Below are positions 43,400 to 55,058 of a stretch of DNA of 64,000 bases, piece by piece. The position numbers and the translations under genes were made by a program. The DNA comes from Corallochytrium limacisporum Hawaii (lineage: Eukaryota > Protista > Pluriformea). Numbering within the stretch: the first letter of the stretch is position 1; each line of letters starts with the position of its first letter. Under the pieces are notes generated by a model. It did not search any database, was not told the DNA's origin, and was given only the letters and a program-made list of their open reading frames with translations. The stretch spans positions 169,281 through 233,280 of the forward strand of contig PDIP01000019.1 of NCBI GenBank assembly GCA_002811645.1, given 5' to 3'.

Positions 43400-44359
43400 T
43401 CAGTTTTCCTTGATGTGCTCAAGGAGGAAACCAGACAGCTCTTCGTAAGCCTCCAGAACGGCAAAATGACCAGCATTGGGAACTACACGGTCGTCAGCAT
43501 GCGGGCACAACTCCCGGAAGAGAGCGGTTGCCTTGGCCGGAATAACGGTATCCTTCTCTGCCCAGATGGCGCGAAGTGAGAAATCTTTGTGGTGTGCATC
43601 CACATTCTTGGCCATGTCATGGACCTCAAAGTCGAAATGTTGAATGGTGGACAGGAAGGACCGCAAGAATCCCGGATGGTTATGGATCTGGTCCTTGACC
43701 GTGTTGTAGTAGACTTCAATTTCGGGTCGCATCTCATCACGGCGGACCTCCTTTTGTACATTGGCAACTATCTCAATACCCACAGCAGAGATGACAGCAT
43801 CGATGAGGAGCGGCATTTGGCGACCAACTTTGAGAAGCCCCGGGTTGCCAATCGCAAAGCCGGCAGGCATAAGCAGTGTCACACTGCGGAGACGTTGAGG
43901 GTAGGCATCTGCAAACTGTATGCTGATTGCGCCACCCAGACTCAATCCAACCAAATGAATCTTCTCTTTGATATCCAAAGCAAACAGTATCTCAGCTAGC
44001 TGTCCCACAAACAATTCATTGCCGTGTTCAGTATCCGCACTATCGGAGAAACCACGTCCGTAGAGATCGAAACGGAGGGTACGGTAACCAGCCTGGTTCA
44101 ATCTCTTTGCGACCTGGTCAAAGACGAATAGGGGACTGCTGACACCATGCACAAACACCACCAGCTCTGAGTCCTTCTTCGGCGTGGTGGGTTCGTCAAG
44201 CCGATAGTGCACAGTACCGTGGCTCAACTTGACGAGCTTACCCGGTGCCTTGGTGACATCGACAGGTCTGAGGGGACCCGTTCCAAACCGATGGACCACG
44301 TTACCAGCGATGAGAGCCAAAAGGCCGATCACTAGAGCGGTAATGAAGAAGCTACGCAT
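43400..44359 (-). CDS. Alpha/beta hydrolase with N-terminal signal anchor
   Basis: VFVHG, FDLYGRGFSD, nucleophile elbow GLSLG, acid residue in AEKDTVI, His in AGHF. Confidence 0.9.
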   Translation of the reverse strand: MRSFFITALVIGLLALIAGNVVHRFGTGPLRPVDVTKAPGKLVKLSHGTVHYRLDEPTTPKKDSELVVFVHGVSSPLFVFDQVAKRLNQAGYRTLRFDLYGRGFSDSADTEHGNELFVGQLAEILFALDIKEKIHLVGLSLGGAISIQFADAYPQRLRSVTLLMPAGFAIGNPGLLKVGRQMPLLIDAVISAVGIEIVANVQKEVRRDEMRPEIEVYYNTVKDQIHNHPGFLRSFLSTIQHFDFEVHDMAKNVDAHHKDFSLRAIWAEKDTVIPAKATALFRELCPHADDRVVPNAGHFAVLEAYEELSGFLLEHIKEN

Positions 44360-45112
44360 AATTCTTGCTATTCCAGTGCACTTCAGTATGACCAGAGCAT
44401 TGAATCAGTAGCCCTTCATAAAGTTTGCAGGCCATCCACGCCCCAAGTAGCCAGACATTGACAGGGCTATTCCAGTGTTCTCACAGTCTTCGAAGTGTTT
44501 ACACAGTACACGGTCAGCACACGCTTACAGGGGACGGCGAGTGTTGGGTGCTAAATCACACGCAGGCTATAGTTTTGGCAATGTACAATCCCTCTGATAA
44601 CCTTCGCCAGCGATTGTGCCACCGTACCGTCACCTCCCGCCCCCCTCCTCTCTGGACAGAAATTTCTCTCTGCATCTGCTGCGGAGACCCTCTGTCCACT
44701 CACCCGTGACACCGATGCCACCTCACAAAAATTCCAGCACTGGTGGTCAGGAGTGTGAAAAGGGGGGGAGGGGAAGAGGATACACACGATACGGTTGCGA
44801 CCGACCGAACCCCATTCAGCGTTGTTTTGCACGGGACTGTTAGTTTGTTAAAGGGAGTGGTTTTCAGATGGGGGCCTATTTTCTCCCGTGGGTGGCTGGC
44901 GATGGCGAAAGAAAAACGATCGCCGGCCAAACTCCAAAGAAAAACTATCACGGGGCTTTCATCAACAAAAACAGTGAAAAGTTTGGCAGCGACGGTGGGC
45001 CCTTTGTGTGTGAGTTTGGGGAGGAGGTGGGGGAGGGAGGGACCCGATGTCCCGTCCCTCCGCCAGCCACGGGCGGGAACGCACTTCGCTGAAGGGGGCC
45101 CGCGGGGGGGGG

Positions 45113-45316
45113 NNNNNNNNNNNNNNNNNNNNNNNNNNNNNNNNNNNNNNNNNNNNNNNNNNNNNNNNNNNNNNNNNNNNNNNNNNNNNNNNNNNNNNNN
45201 NNNNNNNNNNNNNNNNNNNNNNNNNNNNNNNNNNNNNNNNNNNNNNNNNNNNNNNNNNNNNNNNNNNNNNNNNNNNNNNNNNNNNNNNNNNNNNNNNNNN
45301 NNNNNNNNNNNNNNNN
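45113..45316. other. Assembly gap (204 N) flanked by poly-G
   Basis: Run of N with G homopolymers on both sides. Confidence 0.99.
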
Positions 45317-45537
45317 GGGGGGGGGGGGGGCGCTAGGAGAGAGGCGGGGTGCCGGGACTCCAACGGAATGGCGTTCTCCCAGAAGCCTGTCTTGACTGTC
45401 TGCAATGCTACTTGACGGATTGCACCTGATTTTCAATTTTTTTGCCTGCCATTGACCGAACTGTGGGGTGGACTATACTAACACGACTTGGGAGCAGATC
45501 ATTCCTGAGACTGTTCGGAATAGTATAGAAGCCAACC

Positions 45538-47007
45538 ATGTCAGCTGGAACTTGGGATGATCTCGACAGCGTCGAGCAGGAGGCCTTTGATTGGTCTGAT
45601 AAGGTGCATGATGTGCTCTTGATCGCAATAAAGGATGATGAAGCAGTGGAATTTGATATTTACGAGAAATTGATGGAATGCACGGAAGCAGTTTTCGGTG
45701 AATTTCTGCAGTACATGACAGAGGAATCATATGATGAAACACAACAGAAACAGGCCAGTATTCCAGAGCAACGGCGCATTGTTCTCCACTTTAGTGCTCT
45801 GGTCAATAATTCTAACGTATTCAAATGCATGGTGCACCTCATCAGTACCAGTTGGCATGATGCAAAGCTTGTGAACGACTGGGCGGAAATGGACCCCGAG
45901 AGCAACCGGCACGAGTCTGAAGACGAGGACATCTGCAAGGACGTTGAGCTAGACTCAGGTGGGCGTCTGGGTGTATTCCGATGGTTGCATCTGTTGGCAT
46001 CGCTACAAGTCGTCGGGCTTGATACGTTTCTGGCAGAAATTGCTCCGGTTGTCGGGGTATTTGCAATGCGTAGGCACGCCATGAAGGCCTCTGACCCTGC
46101 CCTTGATGTTGTCTTGCAGGCCCTGGCACTGTCCCGTAATCTCAATCCCCAACACTCATTTGTGCGGGAGATCCCCGGGCCTTTTCAGGCTCATAGTTTG
46201 TACCCAATTGACCGCTATGAAGGCTGGCAAGGCCGCCTCTTCATGGCGTTCCAACGATTGCGTCAGCAAGAACTGGCAGTCAGTCAGAAACATCTTCGGG
46301 ACTCTGTGCGTAAAAATGGCGATGTCTCCAATGGCCCCAATACCCCTCGCGACAGCACGATGCGTGACACCCCGAGTGCGGGCTCCACAGACTCCAAACT
46401 CACCCGTGGTTCATCTAAGAAGGATGGAAGCACCATGCAGCGGGTCAACTCTGGGACCATGCTTTCGCGCATGGGCAGCGCTGGTCGCAATCCACTAACC
46501 GAGGCTGCTATTCATGCCCACGAGACCGAAAAACGTGGTCGTAATGCGTACATTGACCCATTCTACGACGTCCTTCTGGCCCTCAACAGTATCGACGGCA
46601 ACACTCGGTCTCCCGCAGCAGCCCTATGCATTCGCGGTAGCAATCGCTATGGTGAGTGTCTTCCTGCGTACATTCGCAAATACCATCTTCACATCACCAC
46701 CATAATTGCTGCCTCTGGTTTCAAAAACAAGGTGGTTCAGAATTACGAGGATGGAGAGCGGGTGATCATGTGCGACGACCTCACTCAGCAGCTGGCATTC
46801 ATGGCATACGGATGCGCAACCGTCTCCCAAGGGGATTGTTTCGAAGAGGTCCGCAAGGTCCTCTCCGTTCTTGAACTCCGTGCTATTCATTCCCTCCAAT
46901 GGGAGATGGTCGTACTTCTACGCAGCATGCAAAAGACCCTGAGCCCGCGATCGGATGGCAAAGAAAGGGTCTTCCTTGGCGATGAATCCTTTGCTGTCAC
47001 CACTTAA
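45538..47007 (+). CDS. Hypothetical protein
   Basis: 489-aa ATG-initiated ORF in a good Kozak-like context (ccaaccATG), with helical N- and C-terminal regions around a Ser/Thr-rich linker. No family recognised. Confidence 0.75.
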   Translation: MSAGTWDDLDSVEQEAFDWSDKVHDVLLIAIKDDEAVEFDIYEKLMECTEAVFGEFLQYMTEESYDETQQKQASIPEQRRIVLHFSALVNNSNVFKCMVHLISTSWHDAKLVNDWAEMDPESNRHESEDEDICKDVELDSGGRLGVFRWLHLLASLQVVGLDTFLAEIAPVVGVFAMRRHAMKASDPALDVVLQALALSRNLNPQHSFVREIPGPFQAHSLYPIDRYEGWQGRLFMAFQRLRQQELAVSQKHLRDSVRKNGDVSNGPNTPRDSTMRDTPSAGSTDSKLTRGSSKKDGSTMQRVNSGTMLSRMGSAGRNPLTEAAIHAHETEKRGRNAYIDPFYDVLLALNSIDGNTRSPAAALCIRGSNRYGECLPAYIRKYHLHITTIIAASGFKNKVVQNYEDGERVIMCDDLTQQLAFMAYGCATVSQGDCFEEVRKVLSVLELRAIHSLQWEMVVLLRSMQKTLSPRSDGKERVFLGDESFAVTT

Positions 47008-47427
47008 AATTGTATACTATAGCATCCATTAGACTCTTGTAGAGGAGCACCGTTTGTTCTCTTCTCCCCCCCCCCTTCAATTCTCTCTGTCCAATTCCCC
47101 CCCCTCCGGAGCGCAGTGGCTTTGTTTTGGCGCGCGTGGTTTTTTGAGGTGTGGCGGTTGGCGTATGGACCCCTTTCTTGAACTCTCCACTGTTTGGTCT
47201 GCTGAAGCCAGTGGCGTCGGAGATTTCAGACCTACTACGGCGTTTTCCTGGGTACTTTAGGAAACTCGTTTGTCCATTGGTGTCGTACAATCTATCAGAG
47301 TGTCAAAGTAGTAAACTAATCTCCGGTTTGACGGGCGTGAAATAGGCATTAGTTTTGTACCTACATTTGGGCAACATGATGTAGACGGTTATTTCTTGTA
47401 ATAGGATACATATACGTAGTAGTAACA

Positions 47428-50400
47428 ATGGAAGAACAGCCACTTGCGGGTCCCTCTGTATGGGATCCGAGCTTTGTGACGGCGCTGGCTTTACCAGCAG
47501 CAGTTAGCGAGGACCATGACTTTAGTATGCTCACACTTCCCGCAAGTGACGGTGATGGACTAGGTCTGGATTCCATGAGCGTGAATCCGCTTATTGCAAC
47601 CGGACTCTTTGCATGGGGCCATGGCACGTTAGTGTGGAGGCAGACCTATCACGGTGGGGAAGCCCATGAATTCAAAGTCGAGCACATCAACCGGGAAGGA
47701 CGGCAGACCGAACTGGTCCGGCAGGTTATGCAAGGCCGTGCCCTAGAGTTGGGCGTCTTTACTGTTTGCCCAGAGGAGAATTTGGCATACGTCTATATCT
47801 GTACGACCCTGGGAATCCATCGGGTGGCTGTTAAGCACACACCGGCGCATGGTGTGTCAGCGACAGTTAACACAGAATTGCACACGAGTCGCGTACCCGA
47901 GGATTCAAAGGTCATTTACACACCGTTGGACGGCCGTGAAATGGCAATGGCGTTAGTTATTGATTCAACCAATGTCATGTTGGCAGTGTACGATGACAGC
48001 TTAACTCTCAGGGCTGCGGCAAAGATGGGCTGGAGAAACCAGGGAATGTTTTCCTTCCTGAGCAGGCCTGCACCTCTGGTGTCAGCGGTAGTGCTTCCCT
48101 TTCACCACGACGGTCCTGATCTGCTTCATGTCCTCGTTACCAATGAAGATGGTCAAGCACAGATCTGGGCCCTCGACCGCAACCAAGGGCTACGGGATAT
48201 CGGTCATAAGAGCCTTGATATGCGCCACAGTCTAAATCCAATGTCCCATGCTCGCACTGTCAACGGATTGAAAGTGGAAAGCATGTTTGCAATTGCCACT
48301 GCTGGCGACGTCCTTCTCTTTGTTTCCACGGTACTGAAGGAATCAAACAACTCGCCAGACTGCCCCTATGAAATATTCACTGTGAACATTACCCCAACCA
48401 TCCTTGACGAAGACACAAGCAACCAAGTACATAGCAACGGGAACGGAACCGAAGATGAGAGTTTACTGGATGCCCTGAAGGTTTCTTCAGCTGCAAGCTC
48501 TATCACCGTGCAGAGCGCCTATGAGTCATATGGAGAGACCTACTCATACATTCTGGTGAAGGCAGCTGATGATGCCATAACTACTTGCTGGACCATCGAC
48601 CACGAGGAGTGTGTGGTCGTGGATACGATTGAGGTGCCTGAAGCTCTGCTAGCGAACGACAACCCTGTGCTTGGCCTGGGCACTCTGTATGGCTGGGAAA
48701 CAGACCCTGTTTTCATTAGTGGTCATGCTATGTGCCTTGTCACCGGCAGTCAGTCTCTGGTTAATCGCTACACTCCTGACGTGGACGGCCATGAGTGGGC
48801 ATGGGAGCTACTCGGATTGGTGGCTGGCTCTCTATGGGATTCTACGGACGGGGAGGACGACGCAGAAGCTACGGAGGAGTCAGTCATGCAGTCTTTGCTG
48901 CAGGATCTCCGCAGCAATGTCTTGCAGAACTTGCGTGGTGTGGTCAAGGACATGATTGTGCAGGTTGGCAGTGGGCATCACGGTCCACCAAACTTGATAC
49001 GTGAGTTGATTCTGCTTTTGCAGGATGGATCTAGTGCAACGGAAATGCAGCAAGGACTGCGGGCGATTCTCCAGATTAATGGCTCAAGCAGCGATAACAC
49101 ACTCAAGGTCAACAAGTTTGACATCAACAGTCTTACAGACATGTCAAACTTTACACTGTACGAAGCCATTACTGCCATGGAACTACAGAAAGAGGTCCAT
49201 CGGCGGTGGCAATTATCTCTTGCAATGTTTGTGGCAGCCTCACTCGTGGTGGAATACGGAGTTGAAGCTGGTATGGACCGTGCTGAGTTGCAGAAGGCAT
49301 TTAGTGGAGACTTCATGCATGAAATAGCTGATCATTTTCGCCGTTCATACGGACTGGCCATGGTCTTTGACGACAATGTGCACGCGCAGACCCTGGCACT
49401 GCAGCTGTTGTACATCCACTCCTGCGATCCCAACGCAGAGGGTTTCACCCTAGAACTGGCCACCAACATGGCACTTACCACCCTGTACCAGGAACTGTTT
49501 ATCTGCGGTGGTGGGCATATCATCTATGTGACTATGGACGATGCTTCCAGGTGTCGCGACGTGCTCAGTGTTTTCAACGATGGCACCGCAGTGTATTCCT
49601 TCCTTGGAGCCGAGGTAGTGGCCAGGCATCCGCATGCATTGCCCCAACGGTACGCTATTGTGGAAGCTCTGGCAGCTGCCTTAGACCACTTTGGCAGCGA
49701 GGCCAGCGAGCTCGTTGTTTCTGCGTGCCCGAACCTAACTCTCTTTGACCCGCTACGACAGGGTCTGCTGGCATACTGTTTGCACCTGCTAAAGGTAGCG
49801 GACCACATCTGCTACGTTGAGCGGCGGGCCAACATTGCGGTCGAAATTGGCCGCCTTTGCCTGAGTGTCGTCGAGTTTTCTCTGCGAAAGTACGGTAGCG
49901 AAGAACGCACCTCTACCGCGCTGCTACCCTATGATGACGCCCTTCGCTGCGACAGTGCAGCCCGCGGACATCTCATTCAGTACTTCTTCGATGCCGGTAA
50001 CGAGACTGACTCTATTGCGTACGAAGAGGCCTTCCAGACCATCATTGGCTACCGCGAACATGAGGGCCGCAAGATCATGCTCATGCGGATGCTAGAACTC
50101 ATGCACGGTCGTGGCTGTTTGAATATGCTGCTGGCCTTCCCCTTGGCTGGCCTTTCTGGGGACTTGCGCGATGGCATCTATGAACGCATCGATATTGCCT
50201 TTCGCCTCAGTGCCACATCTGCAGATGGCACTGGCGGTGTTCCTCTACTTGCCTTCTACCCGCAGAGCCAGTTTCTGTACTCTCTTTACGTCAAGCGTAA
50301 TGACCACATGGGCGCTGCAACCATCAAGTATGAAATGGCCTCATTGCTGCGCGAATTGATCCTCCGCGCTCCTGGCCTGAGCCAGGAACAGCGAGTGCAG

Positions 50401-51264
50401 TGTTTACGCGGTGCCGTGGACTCATACCGAAGCTGCCTTAATTCGCTAGCACTCTTCGACGACGACAGTGATGAACTTGTTCTAATCGCCGCACGACGGG
50501 CTATCAATTCACAGGGCGTGCCAGAAGGCTCGATCCTGTGCCAGGTGCGGTACCGAGACGTCTTGGCCGAGGCTGAGATCATGTACGCCAAGGAGATCCT
50601 TCTCGAGGGCGCCATCGATGAAGGCATCCTGCGCACGGAGAATGCAGAAGCACTTATTCCTCTGCTAATTTCCAAGGAGAGCCGTGCCTTTCTGGCCGCT
50701 AAACGTCTTGCCATTCATAGCCGTAGCGAGCAGGCGATGGTACTTGTCATGAAAGGTCTCGCTCAAGGTCTGATTGACAGCAGCCGAGTCGACACGGACG
50801 AGTATCAACTGGTGACGCAGCAGTTCCTTATGCGGAATCGAGTCCCGGCAAGTGTTGGTGGGCAGGCCAGCCGCGCGTACTGGTACCTCATCCGCCAGTA
50901 CTCCACGGGCAGGGACGTTAAATCAGAACTACCTTCCGTCAAGCCCGCGCTGACTGTATTGGAGCACCTGCTGCAGCACAACTGCGCCGATTCGCTGGTG
51001 CGGTGGTTCTGGGATCTCTGTCTTGCTGAGGGCGGTAGTCAGACTATCCGCGCCTTTCTGCAGTATAATTACATAGCTTCTGCTGCACGGGCCTTTCTGC
51101 TCATGGCCCAGGCGGTGGAGGAGGAACTGGTCGAGGGCCAGGCGGTGCCCATGCCTTTGTTAGACGAGATCGTGGCAAAGATTGATATTGTTCTACAGGA
51201 CCCGAATGTCTCTGCCTCAACTCGGGAGACACTGCACAATCGTAAAGCCGCTCTCACAGCGTAG
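47428..51264 (+). CDS. NUP160: Nucleoporin Nup160/Nup120-like
   Basis: 1278 aa; beta-rich N-terminal half and helical C-terminal half. YEEAF...LLAFPLAGL...FLYSLYVKRNDHMGAATIKYE...YRSCLNSL resembles the conserved Nup160 C-terminal block. Confidence 0.75.
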   Translation: MEEQPLAGPSVWDPSFVTALALPAAVSEDHDFSMLTLPASDGDGLGLDSMSVNPLIATGLFAWGHGTLVWRQTYHGGEAHEFKVEHINREGRQTELVRQVMQGRALELGVFTVCPEENLAYVYICTTLGIHRVAVKHTPAHGVSATVNTELHTSRVPEDSKVIYTPLDGREMAMALVIDSTNVMLAVYDDSLTLRAAAKMGWRNQGMFSFLSRPAPLVSAVVLPFHHDGPDLLHVLVTNEDGQAQIWALDRNQGLRDIGHKSLDMRHSLNPMSHARTVNGLKVESMFAIATAGDVLLFVSTVLKESNNSPDCPYEIFTVNITPTILDEDTSNQVHSNGNGTEDESLLDALKVSSAASSITVQSAYESYGETYSYILVKAADDAITTCWTIDHEECVVVDTIEVPEALLANDNPVLGLGTLYGWETDPVFISGHAMCLVTGSQSLVNRYTPDVDGHEWAWELLGLVAGSLWDSTDGEDDAEATEESVMQSLLQDLRSNVLQNLRGVVKDMIVQVGSGHHGPPNLIRELILLLQDGSSATEMQQGLRAILQINGSSSDNTLKVNKFDINSLTDMSNFTLYEAITAMELQKEVHRRWQLSLAMFVAASLVVEYGVEAGMDRAELQKAFSGDFMHEIADHFRRSYGLAMVFDDNVHAQTLALQLLYIHSCDPNAEGFTLELATNMALTTLYQELFICGGGHIIYVTMDDASRCRDVLSVFNDGTAVYSFLGAEVVARHPHALPQRYAIVEALAAALDHFGSEASELVVSACPNLTLFDPLRQGLLAYCLHLLKVADHICYVERRANIAVEIGRLCLSVVEFSLRKYGSEERTSTALLPYDDALRCDSAARGHLIQYFFDAGNETDSIAYEEAFQTIIGYREHEGRKIMLMRMLELMHGRGCLNMLLAFPLAGLSGDLRDGIYERIDIAFRLSATSADGTGGVPLLAFYPQSQFLYSLYVKRNDHMGAATIKYEMASLLRELILRAPGLSQEQRVQCLRGAVDSYRSCLNSLALFDDDSDELVLIAARRAINSQGVPEGSILCQVRYRDVLAEAEIMYAKEILLEGAIDEGILRTENAEALIPLLISKESRAFLAAKRLAIHSRSEQAMVLVMKGLAQGLIDSSRVDTDEYQLVTQQFLMRNRVPASVGGQASRAYWYLIRQYSTGRDVKSELPSVKPALTVLEHLLQHNCADSLVRWFWDLCLAEGGSQTIRAFLQYNYIASAARAFLLMAQAVEEELVEGQAVPMPLLDEIVAKIDIVLQDPNVSASTRETLHNRKAALTA

Positions 51265-51360
51265 GACACCACACACATTTACACCAAAATCGATCATACT
51301 TAATAAAAACCAGTATAGAACATGTAAATTAAATTGATGATTGTACGCAATATAAAATGA

Positions 51361-51765
51361 CTATGACTTGTCGCTTGTACCCGCTCGCTCCTTGAATGCC
51401 TGAACTTCTGCAGGATCAATGTCCGACATATACTTCTCCAGGGTGTTCTTTAGTTCGTGAATTGAGTAGCTCATTCCATTCGCATTCTCACTTTGTTCGA
51501 TTGTCGATTCCAAGAGCGCTCGAGCAAAGAGATCAGGGTTGCTGTCCTGGTCCACTGCTCCCAGCAGTTCAACGGGGATCATGACATCGCTTTTGTTGGC
51601 AGCCTCTACATTGCGCATTAGCTCGAAGACCTCGCTCAGATACATTGCTGCCGCTTCTGGGGACTTCGGTTGCTTTGCCGCAGTTTCCACCAGGAAAACC
51701 TGATCTATTAGACTCTTTACCGCATCTCCGAGCTTCTCAAGCTCAGAGTCCTTCTGTTCACTCAT
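51361..51765 (-). CDS. MED10: Mediator subunit 10 (Nut2)
   Basis: 134 aa from ATG 51765; IPVELLGAVDQDSNPDLFARALLE...NG matches the Med10 core (PxExxxYIDxGRNPxxYT). Confidence 0.8.
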   Translation of the reverse strand: MSEQKDSELEKLGDAVKSLIDQVFLVETAAKQPKSPEAAAMYLSEVFELMRNVEAANKSDVMIPVELLGAVDQDSNPDLFARALLESTIEQSENANGMSYSIHELKNTLEKYMSDIDPAEVQAFKERAGTSDKS

Positions 51766-52546
51766 GGTTCTCAAACTTTCTTCGTCTGCTACGGATTCTT
51801 GTTCTTCAGGATCGATTCCTTTCTTTGAAATTTGAACTTCACAGCCACGTATCTGCTTTCGAACTAGACACGTTGTGGTTTAATATCCATATATAAAAAA
51901 AAAACTGGCGAAAGTCATCCAATGCTCCTGAAATAGTTTCTCTCGTTCGCTTACATGACCCCCAATTCGTAGCCAACTCAGGTCGCAACTCTATCTCCCG
52001 TCTCCCAGGGATCAGAGGGCGCAATACGTGCCACCCAGGGGCGGCGGGAGAGGGGGCATAGTTTTGGTGAAAGCCACCAAGGCAGTACGACACCAGATCA
52101 ATAGCAAAGACCGGGGGGAAGGTCAGAAAAAAAACAGGCGGGGGAGGTTTGGTCCCCATTGGGGGCCCAGGAACTGGCGCGCTCTGCCTGCTGTTTCCTT
52201 TGTTATGCCCCTTCAACGGTTCGACCCCAGTACTGGCTGAGGATTCTGGACACTTTCGAGGTTCATAGCGGGTCAGGGGGACCCACTCTGGACCTGCGGA
52301 ACAGACACCAATCAATGCTCGTTTGGTTATGACATTGCAGATCTGGCTATTTCGGAGATGCTCCCTGCATCCTTAGCACCCCTGATAAGTGATTCCTATT
52401 GTAGGGACATGTACAGAAAACGTCTCAGGAAATGATCGGATTGCCGCCATGAGTTGAGGACGGCCGAAACATAATCACAAGTCTTCGAACCTACAAACTG
52501 GGACAAAGAAGGTGAGATATTGGACCTTCTATCACCGACAGCAAAG

Positions 52547-54898
52547 ATGGCGGCGGGTCCATCATCGTCATATAGATCTGGGAGCAATATGGCACCCTTG
52601 CCCATCCTGGTCACTCGGGGGCTCAATGACAAATTGTACGACAGGAGAAAGATTGCGGCCCTCGAAGTAGAACGAATTGTGAAAGAGGCACTGCATGCTG
52701 AAGACCAGGAACATATTCAAGCCATTGTTGCATATATTCGGAAGGAATTCGCCTACTCTCCAACAGCCAATGCACGGAAAGGAGGTCTGATTGCATTGGC
52801 AGCCATTGCTATTGCCATGGGACCGGACAATATCAAAGACCACATCCACCAGATAGTGCCACCGGCTCTGGCCTGCTTTCAGGATCCGGACTCCCGTATT
52901 CGGTACTATGCGTGTGAGGCCCTGTATAATATTATGAAGGTCGCACGGTACCACATCCTCGAGTTCTTCAATGACATCTTTGACAGTTTGAGCCGGCTAG
53001 CTGCGGATCCGGATCCGAATGTAAAAAACGGGGCTGAACTCACAGATCGCCTTCTTAAGGATGTTGTAATCGAATCTACCTTTTTTGACGTGCAGAAATT
53101 TATTCCACTATTGAAAGAACGTATTCAGGTCATTGATCCGTTCGTTCGCCAGTTTGTGGTCAGCTGGATTGACACCTTGGATGGGGTACCGGACATTGAT
53201 TTGGTTGAGTACTTGCCAGAGTTTTTAGACGGTCTTTTTATGATCCTCAGTGATCCCAAGACAACGCTGCAAACCCAAACACAGAAACAACTTGAAGAAT
53301 TTTTGCGGGAGATTGAGTCCAGCAATCGGGTAAACTACCGTGCTATGATCACTATTGTCATCAAACACTGTAATTCCCGCGACTTTGAGACGAGGCAGAT
53401 GGCTCTCACGTGGCTCTTTACCTTCACACGCATGTACGGCACCGGAATACTTGCATATTTGCCAGATATTTTACGTGTTGTACTGCCGTATCTTTCTTCA
53501 CCCAAAGCCCAGTTGAAGTCTGCCGCAAAGGATGTAAACCAGGCTCTTCTACATGTCATTGAGCGCCCTGATGAGTGCATGCCGCCGCCAACTATTAACG
53601 ATGCGACTGGTGATGAGGAGAAGGTAGACCTGGAGAGTGAACTCAAAGTTGGCCCGGTAATTAAGACCCTGAATCTGCAGCTACTCGACAAAGCAACCGT
53701 GACACGAAGGGAGGCACTACTGTGGTACCTTACTCTCCACCGTCACCGTCCGGACGACCTCTTAGATCACGTCGACGAGTTCTTCCCTCCGCTGCTAAAG
53801 ACCTTGTGCGATACAAGCAACGAAGTGGTTCTGAAGGCCTTAGAAATTCTGGCAGAGATTTGCTGTAGCACCGAAGACTCCAAGGGCACGCTGAACGGTG
53901 CGGTAGGGACTGCAGAACAGCAGCCGTATGTTCCACAAGTTAAGGTGAAAGAGCACTACTTTGATCGCTTCGTTAAAGAACTGATCAACTTGTTTGCAGA
54001 AGATAAGGATTTCCTGCTGTCCCGCGGCAGCTTCATTGTGAAAAAGGCCTGTACCTTGATGCCAGCTAGAGCATTACTCAGCTCCTTGGCCACCAACCTG
54101 ACGCTGGAACGTGTGCCAGATGAACAGATCATTTGCAGCATTGTCCAGCTCGCCAACTACACACTTCTCACCGCCGGAGAGCTGCAGGAAGTGCGCAATA
54201 CTATCAAGGAGCTGGACTCCGTGGAGGCTGTTGAGTTCTTCTCACTTCTATACAAGTGCTGGTCAGTGAATCCCATTAGTCTGTTCTCCCTTTGCCTGCT
54301 TGCCCAAAAGTATGAACATGCCTACAAGCTTATCGTCATTTGTGGCACACTGGAGATCAATGTTCAGTTCCTCATTGAAGTTGACAAACTGGTGCAGATG
54401 CTGGAGAGCCCGATTTTTGCGTATCTGCGACTTCAACTCTTGGAACCTGCGAAGCACCCTTACTTGTTGCAGTGCCTGTACGGTATTCTAATGATCTTGC
54501 CGCAGTCTCCTGCCTTTACGCTGTTGCAGAACCGTTTGAGTGCTGTACCCCCATCGATGATGACAGCCACGCATGGGGAGCACCGCAAGAACCTTAAGGA
54601 AGCGGCCACAGACCGGAGTCCCGTGACTAAGAAAAAATCCAAGGACAAGTCACGCAGCTTCTTTGCAAAGTCCAAGGCGAATCAGGATGAGGTACCCGCT
54701 AACAACAACGAAGGCGACGAAAACAACAGCACCGAGGACGGTCTGCAGCGTGGGTTCGGTTCCAATCCCTCCCTTCTCAGTGGTCGCAGTCGGGAGGTGA
54801 GTCGGGACCAAACTGGTGATCTCGACTTTGATGACCTTTTGGTCCATTTCATGGATGTTAGGCGTCAGTTAGACGAGCTGCGTCACCAAAACCTGTAG
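52547..54898 (+). CDS. VAC14: Vac14 PIKfyve/Fab1 complex scaffold (HEAT repeats)
   Basis: GLNDKLYDRRKIAALEVE, RKGGLIALAA, RIRYYACEALYNI, DKLVQMLESPIFAYLRLQLLEP, LYGILMILPQS. Confidence 0.97.
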   Translation: MAAGPSSSYRSGSNMAPLPILVTRGLNDKLYDRRKIAALEVERIVKEALHAEDQEHIQAIVAYIRKEFAYSPTANARKGGLIALAAIAIAMGPDNIKDHIHQIVPPALACFQDPDSRIRYYACEALYNIMKVARYHILEFFNDIFDSLSRLAADPDPNVKNGAELTDRLLKDVVIESTFFDVQKFIPLLKERIQVIDPFVRQFVVSWIDTLDGVPDIDLVEYLPEFLDGLFMILSDPKTTLQTQTQKQLEEFLREIESSNRVNYRAMITIVIKHCNSRDFETRQMALTWLFTFTRMYGTGILAYLPDILRVVLPYLSSPKAQLKSAAKDVNQALLHVIERPDECMPPPTINDATGDEEKVDLESELKVGPVIKTLNLQLLDKATVTRREALLWYLTLHRHRPDDLLDHVDEFFPPLLKTLCDTSNEVVLKALEILAEICCSTEDSKGTLNGAVGTAEQQPYVPQVKVKEHYFDRFVKELINLFAEDKDFLLSRGSFIVKKACTLMPARALLSSLATNLTLERVPDEQIICSIVQLANYTLLTAGELQEVRNTIKELDSVEAVEFFSLLYKCWSVNPISLFSLCLLAQKYEHAYKLIVICGTLEINVQFLIEVDKLVQMLESPIFAYLRLQLLEPAKHPYLLQCLYGILMILPQSPAFTLLQNRLSAVPPSMMTATHGEHRKNLKEAATDRSPVTKKKSKDKSRSFFAKSKANQDEVPANNNEGDENNSTEDGLQRGFGSNPSLLSGRSREVSRDQTGDLDFDDLLVHFMDVRRQLDELRHQNL

Positions 54899-55058
54899 AT
54901 TTAACCAACGTAACACTCACTTGAGTACACTCTTAGATTTTTAATGCGTTCAAGAGACTGCTTGTCTTTCATGGAACGGAGTCAAGGATGTGTCTCTACT
55001 GCCTCCAATAATAGACTACAAAGAAAGAGGAACGAAAGACGACATGTCTGCAACACAC

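Noticed and set aside
44743-45436. ORFs spanning the N run
   Set aside because: Artifacts of the assembly gap.
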